The notes below the pieces were generated by a model, which had not been told where the DNA came from, made no database searches, and was given only the letters and a program-made list of their open reading frames with translations. 64,000 nt of DNA from Candidatus Multivoradales bacterium (GTDB taxonomy: Bacteria; Acidobacteriota; Thermoanaerobaculia; Multivoradales; JAHEKO01), in assembly GCA_965248055.1 (NCBI GenBank), contig CBDFIJ010000004.1, positions 1,856,001-1,920,000 of the forward strand, written 5' to 3'. Shown one piece after another: positions 10,884 to 19,086 of the stretch (its first letter is position 1; each line of letters starts with the position of its first letter). Position numbers and translations under genes: made by a program.

Positions 10884-12007
10884 GTGAGCGATTCGACTTT
10901 TCAGGCGGACTTATTTATCCACCTCACTCCGGAGCGAGTCCTGGACGCGGTGGAAACCGGTGGACTAACTCCGACCGGACTCTGTTATCCGCTCAATTCC
11001 TTTGAGAATCGGGTCTACGAAGTCGAACTGGAGGACAAAAGCCGGGTGGTGGCCAAGTTCTACCGACCCGGGCGCTGGTCAAGAGAGCAGATCCTGGAAG
11101 AGCATCAACTGGTTCAAGCATTGGATCACGCTGAAATTCCGGTCTGCACGGTGCAGCCGTTTCCCGACGGAGAAACGCTCAAGACCATCGATAGAGTGTA
11201 CTACGCCCTGTCACCTCGACGCGGAGGGCGGGCCCCGGATGAGCTAACCACAATGGATGCTCAGCGGTTGGGAATGTGGTTGGGGAGAATGCACAGCGTT
11301 GCATCAGCTCTACCGATTCAGCATCGCCCGAGCCTCAATGCAGACCGATATGTGCGCCAGGCTTTGGTATGGATCGACGCCTGGAAAGAAGACGGCGGTG
11401 ACTTTCCCTATCCCCTCACCAACGCTATACCGACGCCACGCAAAGGTTGGCAGAGATCGCCGATCAGCGGCTTGATGGCATCACCACGCAATTGATTCAT
11501 GCGGATCTGCACCTGGGCAACGTTCTATTTCGTGATCAAGAACTGCGCGTCCTCGACTTTGATGACATGGCGATCGGACCTCCAGTGCAGGATATTTGGC
11601 TGGTGTTGCCAGGGCGCGATGAGGAAGCTCTGCAACTGCGGTCCGCCTTGCTTGAAGGCTATGAACAGTTTCGTGACTTCAACCGCTCGACCCTCGATCT
11701 GATCGAACTGCTACGCGCTATGCGCATGGTGCGCTATGCCGGCTGGCTCGCCCACCGCTGGCACGATCCGGCCTTCAAATCAAGCTGGCCACACTTTGGC
11801 AGCGAGGAATACTGGCGGCAGGAAACCGAGGATCTGGAGGAACAACTTGCTTTAGTGGTCGCCAAACGGGCGAGCGAGTGGAGTGGTAACCCAGCAGGCT
11901 CCACTAGCCAGGTCCCGGTTTCCGAAGCCGACGAAATGACCAACAAGGACTTCTTTTGGGACTGGGAAGACCCAACCGAATCAGCTACAAAGCACGAAGA
12001 AGAATGA
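10884..12007 (+). pseudogene. srkA: Stress-response Ser/Thr kinase SrkA/RdoA (APH-like), frameshifted near 11410-11420
   Basis: LNSFENRVY and KFYRPGRWS in the first ORF; IHADLHLGN, DFDD, GPPVQDIW and RWHDPAF in the second; frames join around a C-run. Confidence 0.85.
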
Positions 12008-12390
12008 ATACCGTGATTGCTCAGGCGGCGATGGTTGGCGCCGGCGGTTTCTTGGGTGCCCTGCTGCGCTTTGGAATTGGTGGTTGGGCACACCGACGAC
12101 TTCCACTGACGACCTTTCCGATCGGCACTTTGGTGGTCAATCTTATTGGCTGTTTAACGATCGGGCTGTTGGCGGGGGCGGCGGAATCGAGACAACTCCT
12201 CACTCCTGAAACTCGGCTCTTTCTGTTGATCGGCCTACTGGGCGGCTTCACCACCTTCTCCACTTTTAGCTTTGAGACTTTCGCTATGTTGCGAGACGGC
12301 GAGGCTATGCGCGCGGGGGCGAACGTCGCCATTCACATCGTCGCTGGGTTGGGGTTGGTGTGGCTGGGGTACGCTCTGACGACGGACTAA
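12004..12390 (+). CDS. crcB: Fluoride efflux channel CrcB/FluC
   Basis: GGFLGALLR, FPIGTLVVN and GLLGGFTTFSTFSFE motifs. Confidence 0.95.
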   Translation: MNTVIAQAAMVGAGGFLGALLRFGIGGWAHRRLPLTTFPIGTLVVNLIGCLTIGLLAGAAESRQLLTPETRLFLLIGLLGGFTTFSTFSFETFAMLRDGEAMRAGANVAIHIVAGLGLVWLGYALTTD

Positions 12391-12392
12391 CT

Positions 12393-12752
12393 ATGACTCT
12401 TCCTAGCCAGGGCAAGCTCCTTCGAATCTTCATCGGCGAAAGCGATCGCCATCAAGGAATCCCGCTGCACCAATGGTTGGTGCGCGAGGCGAGGCGGCAA
12501 GGGCTGGCCGGGGCTACGGTACTGCGCGGCCTGGAAGGCTACGGAGCCCACAGCCGGCTGCACACCGCCAAGGTACTGCGCCTGTCGACAGATCTTCCCC
12601 TGGTGATCGAGATCGTCGATCGCGAAGACAAGATCGAGGAATTCTTGGAGACCGTTGACCAGGTGGTCGAAGAGGGCCTAGCGACGGTGGAAAAGGTCGA
12701 GGTGCGGTTCTACCGAGCGAGGGGACACAATACAAGGGAGGGGACACAATAA
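12393..12752 (+). CDS. DUF190 (PII-like) protein
   Basis: LLRIFIGESD, GLAGATVLRG and LSTDLPLVIEIVD; usual crcB neighbour. Confidence 0.9.
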   Translation: MTLPSQGKLLRIFIGESDRHQGIPLHQWLVREARRQGLAGATVLRGLEGYGAHSRLHTAKVLRLSTDLPLVIEIVDREDKIEEFLETVDQVVEEGLATVEKVEVRFYRARGHNTREGTQ

Positions 12753-12764
12753 AATTGTGTCCCC
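12721..12764. repeat. REP-like palindrome copy A (extra arm plus hairpin)
   Basis: GGGGACACAAT at 12721, then GGGGACACAAT-AAA-ATTGTGTCCCC at 12740-12764 between convergent genes. Confidence 0.85.
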
Positions 12765-12772
12765 CGCATGCT

Positions 12773-14368
12773 CTAGCTATCGAAAGCTTGCTTTAGAAAA
12801 TTCCGCCGACAGATCGCCGAAGCCGTCAGATATCCAGACGCCAGAGCACTGGTGACCCCACAAGTGGTGATGTCTTGTCCGGTGAGATAGAGCCCGCGAA
12901 TCGGCGTCTGTGGGCGCAGCCAACGTTGCTCAAAACGTTTGGGGCTGTGGTCCAGGCCGTAGACCTCACCCTCTTGGTAGGCGCCGAAGTGTTGGGTCGA
13001 GAGCGGGCTGGAGACTTCCATGTAGTCGATCTTGCCGCGTAGGTGAGGCAGTTGCCGGTAGAGCGCTTCGACCATACGCTCTGCGATTGCCTCTTTAATC
13101 CCTTCGTACTCTTCGCCGCGTTTGCGCCAAGGCTGGTCCTTCCACGGTTCAAACCAGGCGTACGGGGCCAAGGTCACCAGCTCGATGGTCTGCCGATCAG
13201 GATAGCGCTCAGCAAAGGTCGGATCTTTGGCCGATGGGAAGGAAGCAAACGCCAATGGCGGGGCCTTCTTGGGGTCGGCAAGATAGGCGGCAACATTGCC
13301 GTCGTGATCAGCGCTGGGATACATCCACAGGTTGGTCTTGGGCAGACCAAATTCTTCCACGCTCCCCTTCAAGCCGGCGTAGGCACATAGGTGACCGATT
13401 GAGCGCTTGAGGCCCCGCGCCTTGTCTGCCATCTCCCGAGCACCGAGCACCGCTTCTGGAACCAGCTTCAACCAAGTGTTGTGGATCCCGGCGCTGCTGA
13501 TCACCAGATCGGATCGAAAGACCCGGCCGTCGGCCATGCGCACACCAACTGCGCGATTGCCCTCAGTTTCAATGCCATCTACATCCGCTTGATTGCAGAT
13601 CACACCCCCAGCGTCTTCAATGATCGGAATGATCGAAGCAGCGATCGACGAACTTCCACCCACCGGGTAGAAGCCGCCGCGCAGGTAATGGCGAGCGACC
13701 ACTGAATGCATCGCAAAGCTACTTTGGCCCGGTGGCAATCCGTAGTCGCCCCACTGACCGGTCACCACCCCCATCAAGGTCGGGTCGTCGAGTAAGGGCT
13801 CCAAGACTTGCCGCGTGGTTTGCCGGGCGTAGTGCATGAACGGGCGCCGCGCCCAAGATCCGCCAATCGCGGCGAGCGGTTTCGGCAGGGCCTTCTCACC
13901 CCAATAACGAAACGAGGTGCGACCCACCGTGTCGATTAGCTCCATGTAACGATCGATCTGCTTTTGCCGATGGGGAAACCACTGTTTCAGGTTGGCAGTG
14001 AAGTGGTCGCGCCCGGTGACGAAATCAAACGACTGGTCGCCCAGGATAATCCGGTCATAGACCTCTCCCATCGACGCCCACTCCAGACTGCCGTCACCGA
14101 CATGATCAAACAGCCGCTTGACCGGGCTGCGATCAGACCCCAACTCACCTAGATAATGCACTCCAACATCCCACTCGTAACCATGACGACGGTAGACGTG
14201 GGTGAAGCCGCCGACCATGTAGTGCTGCTCCAACACCAAGACTCGCTTGCCGCGGTGCTTCGCCAGCAGTGCAGCGGTTGCCAAACCACTGATGCCGGAG
14301 CCAATGACGATGGCGTCAAAGAGGTCTGAGGAGTCGAAATCGCGATAGGGAGTGCCGAGTCGTTGCAT
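12773..14368 (-). CDS. FAD-dependent phytoene desaturase / all-trans-retinol 13,14-reductase (RetSat)-like oxidoreductase
   Basis: IVIGSGISG FAD motif, EWDVGVHY, FPSAKDP, LYLTGQD. Confidence 0.85.
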   Translation of the reverse strand: MQRLGTPYRDFDSSDLFDAIVIGSGISGLATAALLAKHRGKRVLVLEQHYMVGGFTHVYRRHGYEWDVGVHYLGELGSDRSPVKRLFDHVGDGSLEWASMGEVYDRIILGDQSFDFVTGRDHFTANLKQWFPHRQKQIDRYMELIDTVGRTSFRYWGEKALPKPLAAIGGSWARRPFMHYARQTTRQVLEPLLDDPTLMGVVTGQWGDYGLPPGQSSFAMHSVVARHYLRGGFYPVGGSSSIAASIIPIIEDAGGVICNQADVDGIETEGNRAVGVRMADGRVFRSDLVISSAGIHNTWLKLVPEAVLGAREMADKARGLKRSIGHLCAYAGLKGSVEEFGLPKTNLWMYPSADHDGNVAAYLADPKKAPPLAFASFPSAKDPTFAERYPDRQTIELVTLAPYAWFEPWKDQPWRKRGEEYEGIKEAIAERMVEALYRQLPHLRGKIDYMEVSSPLSTQHFGAYQEGEVYGLDHSPKRFEQRWLRPQTPIRGLYLTGQDITTCGVTSALASGYLTASAICRRNFLKQAFDS

Positions 14369-14396
14369 AAGTCTCAAGTCAGTGTATCTTGGTGTT

Positions 14397-14424
14397 GGGG
14401 ACACAATACTTCTATTGTGTCCCC
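14397..14424. repeat. REP-like palindrome copy B
   Basis: GGGGACACAATA-CTTC-TATTGTGTCCCC between divergent genes. Confidence 0.85.
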
Positions 14425-14435
14425 CTTGATCGTCG

Positions 14436-14696
14436 ATGAGTAACCTACAATCCATCCCCGGAGTCGGACCTTCCATCGAGCGGGACTTGTTAACGCTAGG
14501 GTATCGGGAAATCTCCGACCTCAGAGACCAAGACCCGGAACAGATGTACCAACAAAGCAATGAACTGGTCGGATTGCGCCAAGACCGGTGTTTGCTCTAC
14601 GTGTTTCGCTGCGCCGTCTATTTTGCTGAAACGGTGGATCTCGAGCCTGAATTATTGAAGTGGTGGTCGTGGAAGGATCGAGAGCTTCCGAGATGA
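14436..14696 (+). CDS. Helix-hairpin-helix domain protein (Cdd1/pathogenicity-locus family)
   Basis: LQSIPGVGPSI, QDRCLLYVFRCAVYFA and LKWWSWKD. Confidence 0.85.
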   Translation: MSNLQSIPGVGPSIERDLLTLGYREISDLRDQDPEQMYQQSNELVGLRQDRCLLYVFRCAVYFAETVDLEPELLKWWSWKDRELPR

Positions 14697-15046
14697 TCTG
14701 TCCTGAGTGCCGCGGTGAGTTCGTGCCAGGGGTTGTGGACTGCCCAGACTGCCATCTGGCGCTAGTAGAAGAGCTGCAGAACGATTCGCTGGTGGTACGT
14801 TCTGAACCTTGGGTCACGGTGGCCAAGATCAGTAGCCCGGTCGAGTTGACGGTTCTCAAGTCGATGCTGGAGAGCCATGGGGTTCCGGTATTCGTTCCTG
14901 GCGAGCATTCCTTCCAGCAGGTCCCGGCGCTGCATATATTGAGACATACGACGCTTATTGCTGGTCAATGCAAGCTGCAGGTCCCAGAGAACTGGCTCGA
15001 GAGGGCGCGCGAGCTGATCGCCGCCGAGCCACAAGACCGGCCGTGA
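14693..15046 (+). CDS. DUF2007-like protein with N-terminal zinc ribbon
   Basis: MICPECRGEF..CPDC; KSMLESHGVPVFV; ATGA overlap with upstream gene. Confidence 0.75.
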   Translation: MICPECRGEFVPGVVDCPDCHLALVEELQNDSLVVRSEPWVTVAKISSPVELTVLKSMLESHGVPVFVPGEHSFQQVPALHILRHTTLIAGQCKLQVPENWLERARELIAAEPQDRP

Positions 15047-16032
15047 ACTGGCTGCGACGTCGCGCCGCGGCAACCCGCGCTGTATGGAACTCCAACCTCT
15101 ACCATGGCTGGAGCCGGTCCAAGAGTTTCTTCGAGGGTTGGTACTTCAAGGTCGTTGATCCAGCGCAAACTACTGCCCTGGCCTTCATCCCTGGGATCTC
15201 AATGGACGCCAAAGGCGACAAGTTTGCCTTTGTCCAAGTGCTCGACGGAATTGCCGCCAAGAGCTACGAGTACCGTTTCCCAGCCGATTCCTTTGTCGCC
15301 GATCCAAAGCGATTCTCGGTTCAGGTGGCCGACAGCCGTTTTTCCCTTGAAAAACTTGATATTGATCTGCCTGATTTCCGGGGGCAACTGGAACTCTCCA
15401 ACCCTTATCCCTGGCCATCCTCCTGGAAATCGCCGGGAGTCATGGGTTGGTACAGCTTCGTCCCCTTCATGGAGTGTTACCACGGAGTTGTCAGCATGGA
15501 TCACGACCTGGCCGGAATTCTGGAAGTTAGTGGCCGAACGGTCGACTTCGACGGCGGTCGCGGCTACGCCGAGAAAGACTGGGGCACTTCTTTTCCCCGT
15601 TGCTGGATTTGGGGTCAGTCGAACCACTTTGCCGATTCGCCCGGCACTAGTGTCATGTTCTCGATCGCCCACATCCCCTGGCGCGGTAGCTACTTCATTG
15701 GCTTCTTAGCTGGATTGCTGCACCAGGGCACGCTGTATCCCTTCACCACCCACAACCAGTCGAAAGCCGAGGTAAAGAGGATTGAACATGGGGTCGATAT
15801 GACCTTTCATCGCCGCGACTATGAGCTTCGAGTTACGGCTCGCCAGGCCGAAGGTGCCGAGCTCTTGTCCCCTGTCCAGGGTGCCATGGTTGGCAAAGTC
15901 AACGAGAGTTTGCGAGCCAGGGTAGAAGTGCAACTGATCGATCAGGGGGAGGCACTCTTCACCGGCACCGGAACCAGAGCTGGGCTGGAAATTGCCGGGG
16001 ATACCCAGATCTTGGTCGACCAGTTCGGATAG
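15043..16032 (+). CDS. Tocopherol cyclase-family protein
   Basis: FFEGWYFK, GVMGWYSFVPFMECYH and GYAEKDWGTSFP motifs; GTGA overlap. Confidence 0.85.
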   Translation: MNWLRRRAAATRAVWNSNLYHGWSRSKSFFEGWYFKVVDPAQTTALAFIPGISMDAKGDKFAFVQVLDGIAAKSYEYRFPADSFVADPKRFSVQVADSRFSLEKLDIDLPDFRGQLELSNPYPWPSSWKSPGVMGWYSFVPFMECYHGVVSMDHDLAGILEVSGRTVDFDGGRGYAEKDWGTSFPRCWIWGQSNHFADSPGTSVMFSIAHIPWRGSYFIGFLAGLLHQGTLYPFTTHNQSKAEVKRIEHGVDMTFHRRDYELRVTARQAEGAELLSPVQGAMVGKVNESLRARVEVQLIDQGEALFTGTGTRAGLEIAGDTQILVDQFG

Positions 16033-16292
16033 AGGTGACCGAAGCAAGATAGATCCCCGTCCCCCAACCAACCCTCGTTGGGAATACCCTGAAAGGATGC
16101 TTATGAACAACTATTTGTGCCACTTTTTGTATTGATTTATGCAGGGTTTAGTCAATTACAATGATCAAATGGCATCTGATTCAGGGTCAGGCAAAGGAGT
16201 TGAGTATTACGGTAGGCGCACCGTGCGGGTTGAAGCTCCTTTTCTAGTTGTGTGTGAACGCTCTTCGTTTACACTGTTCACGGAGGGCAGCA

Positions 16293-17213
16293 ATGAGCGA
16301 ACTTACCGACCTCGAGAAAAAACTACACAAGGCAGAGAAACTGAGGGTTAGGCGGCGAAAAGCCTATATCGCAGCAGATTACACAAAGCGGTGGGGCCTG
16401 CGCCTCATAGTGGTTGCTTTAGGGATCATTCTTATCCTTGTAATCTTTTGGATCCTGTTTCGGTGCTTCGATGGTTCACTACAAGGACTTGGGGAAACTA
16501 GTTCACCACCAAGCTCCGGGGAAGCTGGTTCACCGCCAAGCTCCGGGGAAGACTCCCGTAGCCAACTGGGAACAATCCTTTTTGCGGTCGCTACCCTCAC
16601 ACTAACTCTCATCGCGTTTCTGTTAGCTATCCTCTCGTTCTTTGGCTGGTTTTCCATTAAAGATAAGGTTGTTGCGGAGGTGCACAAAGCCATAGCTGAA
16701 GAGAAAGATCGACAGCAACACAGGAATCGATTGACGGATGCAGTCGTTTTCTCTTCATTGGCGGAAGCAAGCCACCTAGACCACAGGAAACACTACTGGA
16801 CAGAGAACGCTATCCGTCGCCTGGAGATGTGTGTTCCGTACTTCGACCAAGCCTCAAAAGATCCTGAAGAACGAAAGCATGCACTAGCCGTGGTGAACAA
16901 CCTAGCCTTCATCTATGCCCTACGAGGGCATATAGCAGACGGGCCAAAAGCAATCGAGCTTACCTATAAAGCAGCTGAAATGGCGCACAAGTTGGGCTTG
17001 GTAGACGTACCCGTGCACCTCACTCAAGCGCTTGTGCTGGCAAAATTTGGCAACCAAGCAAACGTTTCAACGGACGAACTAAAAAGCTCCCTCTTAGTAA
17101 TCGGGTCGCTAAACAGCGAAGACCGAATTAATAAAGCAACACAGCGAGAGTACTTTTTCACTAAGACCCTTCTTGAACAAACAATTGCAGAAAGGAGCTC
17201 AAGCGATTCCTGA
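16293..17213 (+). CDS. Hypothetical 2-TM membrane protein with helical/TPR-like C-terminus, in an AT-rich islet
   Basis: GGAGG RBS; two TM segments flanking a Ser/Pro/Gly linker; VNNLAFIYALRG TPR-like segment. Confidence 0.65.
   Translation: MSELTDLEKKLHKAEKLRVRRRKAYIAADYTKRWGLRLIVVALGIILILVIFWILFRCFDGSLQGLGETSSPPSSGEAGSPPSSGEDSRSQLGTILFAVATLTLTLIAFLLAILSFFGWFSIKDKVVAEVHKAIAEEKDRQQHRNRLTDAVVFSSLAEASHLDHRKHYWTENAIRRLEMCVPYFDQASKDPEERKHALAVVNNLAFIYALRGHIADGPKAIELTYKAAEMAHKLGLVDVPVHLTQALVLAKFGNQANVSTDELKSSLLVIGSLNSEDRINKATQREYFFTKTLLEQTIAERSSSDS
16491..16553 (+). repeat. 27-bp in-frame tandem repeat (about 2.3 copies)
   Basis: ggggaaactagttcaccaccaagctcc / ggggaagctggttcaccgccaagctcc encodes GETSSPPSS-GEAGSPPSS-GED. 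Confidence 0.85.
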
Positions 17214-17221
17214 CAATAAGT

Positions 17222-17260
17222 AAAAAGAGCCCCTCCGTGCCTTTCGGCCAGAGAAGCCCT
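17222..17260 (-). terminator. Intrinsic terminator on the minus strand
   Basis: GGGCTTCTCTGGCC-GAAA-GGCACGGAGGGGCTC-TTTTT; several G-U pairs form only on the minus strand. Confidence 0.75.
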
Positions 17261-17287
17261 TAATCGTTTCGTCATGGAAAACGAAAG

Positions 17288-17317
17288 CTAGTAGTTGATG
17301 GTTCCTTCGTACGTCAT
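17288..17317 (-). CDS. Putative 9-aa micropeptide MTYEGTINY
   Basis: AAAGGAG 8 nt before ATG; TAG stop followed by a hairpin and the terminator. Confidence 0.4.
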   Translation of the reverse strand: MTYEGTINY

Positions 17318-17373
17318 GATAGGTACTCCTTTATTGCTAATAAGCTATGACCTACTAATTAGGCCTAGAGAGG

Positions 17374-17400
17374 TTGACAGCTCATAGGTTGCTCTGTCAA
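17374..17400. promoter_or_regulatory. Spaced inverted repeat, possible operator or back-to-back -35 boxes
   Basis: TTGACAG-N13-CTGTCAA. Confidence 0.45.
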
Positions 17401-17601
17401 GAACTTTGTTACGCACCAAGCTTAATCAAAGTTTCCGTGCACCGATAACCTCTTTAAAGTAAACGTCTTACAACCCACAGAAATTCCCGTTTCTTCTAGT
17501 CACGTCACGGGTGGGACAACCAAAGCCTTAGCCCTGGATTTCAAGCGCAGAGAACTGATACAAACGAAGTATGTACGTCTGGGAGGCGAATACTATGGAG
17601 G

Positions 17602-17630
17602 TGGAGTTGACCCCCGCTTTAGTGGATACC
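17602..17630 (+). mobile_element. Possible isolated IS3-family terminal inverted repeat
   Basis: TGGAGTTGACCCCCGCTTTAGTGGATACC resembles IS3-type ends (TG...CCC...TAGTGGACAC). Confidence 0.4.
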
Positions 17631-17650
17631 AAGAATAGGATCAAAGATCC

Positions 17651-18021
17651 AAGGAGGTCGACAACGACCGAAGGCGTGAGGTGAGTTCCAAGTGAGAGAC
17701 CTGATGCAACGCGTCACCGAGGAGAAACCGGAAATGTGGGGTGACTCGATTGTCGGCTTCGGCAGCTATCACTATAAATACGACAGCGGCCGCGAGGGTG
17801 ACTGGCTGGTGACCGGATTCTCGCCACGGAAACAAGCGCTGACCATCTATGTCATGGCCGGGTTTTCACGCTACGACGAGACCCTCGATCGGTTGGGTAG
17901 ACACCGCCACGGCAAATCCTGTCTTTACATCAATAAGCTCGCAGATATCGACATGGGAGTTCTCGAGGAGCTGATTCGCAAATCGGTTGCCTATGTGAAC
18001 CAGAAAGGACAGAGTTACTGA
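17651..18021 (+). pseudogene. DUF1801-family protein, N-terminally truncated/frameshifted
   Basis: MWGDSIVGFGSYHYKYDSGREGD and GKSCLYINKL; upstream VDNDRRRE lies in another frame and the usual N-terminus is missing. Confidence 0.7.
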
Positions 18022-18051
18022 GAGGACACAATACTTTGTTTGTGCCCCCTC
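18020..18051. repeat. REP-like palindrome copy C (degenerate)
   Basis: GAGAGGACACAATACTTTGTTTGTGCCCCCTC, 30/32 identical to the reverse complement of copy D. Confidence 0.8.
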
Positions 18052-18077
18052 TTTCCAAAGAACAAAGGAACAACAAA

Positions 18078-18503
18078 GTGGACAAACAGCAACTGATTGA
18101 CAACCTCAACGAAGACCTAGCTGGAGAACTCAGCGCCATCATTCAATACACCACCTATGCCGCCAAAGTGACAGGTCCGTACCGGCCACAACTGGTGACT
18201 TTTTTTCTCGAAGAGGTCGCTGACGAGCAGCTCCACGCGCAGTTTCTGGCCAACAAGATTGTTGCTTTGGGCGGTGAACCAGTAACCAAACCCCGTCCGG
18301 TGCCCCAAGCGGCAAACAATCGGGAGATGTTGGAAGCGGTGTTGGCGGCCGAGCGTCAGGCGACCCAAGACTACACCTGCCGTGCTGAGCAAGCGGACCA
18401 GTACGGTGACAAGGGGCTGGCAGTGCAATTGGAGGACATGGTGCGCGATGAGAGCGGCCACTCAGAAGAAACCGAGCGCATCTTGCGCGACTGGCCGCTC
18501 TAG
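18078..18503 (+). CDS. Ferritin-like (bacterioferritin-type) protein
   Basis: LNEDLAGELSAIIQY, DEQLHA and DESGH di-iron ExxH motifs. Confidence 0.85.
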   Translation: MDKQQLIDNLNEDLAGELSAIIQYTTYAAKVTGPYRPQLVTFFLEEVADEQLHAQFLANKIVALGGEPVTKPRPVPQAANNREMLEAVLAAERQATQDYTCRAEQADQYGDKGLAVQLEDMVRDESGHSEETERILRDWPL

Positions 18504-18976
18504 TGCCTGACTGCCTGCAGAACTCGATCCCATGGAGCTACTGCTTCGGTTGTGGGCCCGCCAACCACCACGGGCTACAGATCAAGAGCCATTCGCACGG
18601 AGATGAGTGCGTATCCATCTTTCAGGCCCAGGAACACCACGCGGCAGGACCCAAACACTTCGTCAACGGCGGCATCATCGCCACGGTGATCGACTGCCAC
18701 TGCGTTTGGACGGCCGTCACCGACTGTGCCCTCCGAGAAGGACGAAAGTTGGGCGAGGAGCCGATTGGTTGGCACGCAACCGCCTCGCTTCAGGTGGACT
18801 ACCTGCGGCCAACCCCGATCGAAGCACAGTGCAAACTGCGCTCTTGGGTTACCAACGTAGACGGCGACCGAACCACCGTTGAGTGCGTGCTCTCGGCTGC
18901 GGGTAAAGAGCGAGCAAAGGCGAAAGTGGTCGCGGTGCGGGTTCCAGACTCTTGGGTTGAAGCCGGGTCAGGATGA
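18503..18976 (+). CDS. PaaI-family thioesterase
   Basis: CFGCGPAN, NGGIIATVIDCH, VDYLRPTP. Confidence 0.85.
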   Translation: MPDCLQNSIPWSYCFGCGPANHHGLQIKSHSHGDECVSIFQAQEHHAAGPKHFVNGGIIATVIDCHCVWTAVTDCALREGRKLGEEPIGWHATASLQVDYLRPTPIEAQCKLRSWVTNVDGDRTTVECVLSAAGKERAKAKVVAVRVPDSWVEAGSG

Positions 18977-19086
18977 AGGCGATCGCCACTAAATCCGGCC
19001 AAGACAAATTCCGTTCAAGGGGCTAAAATCGCATCGTTCGGTCGATGTATTGAATCTGACAATCTAAAGTCCAGAGAACCCCAATT

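Noticed and set aside
11940-12004. Fluoride riboswitch upstream of crcB
   Set aside because: crcB overlaps the srkA stop, leaving no leader, and I saw no riboswitch motif
16100-16150. Possible integrase attachment site at the left edge of the AT-rich islet
   Set aside because: No matching direct repeat at the other edge, and no tRNA or integrase
17024-17317. TAG read-through joining MTYEGTINY to the 83-aa minus-strand ORF
   Set aside because: The extension would cross a terminator and run antisense to a long gene; no pyrrolysine evidence
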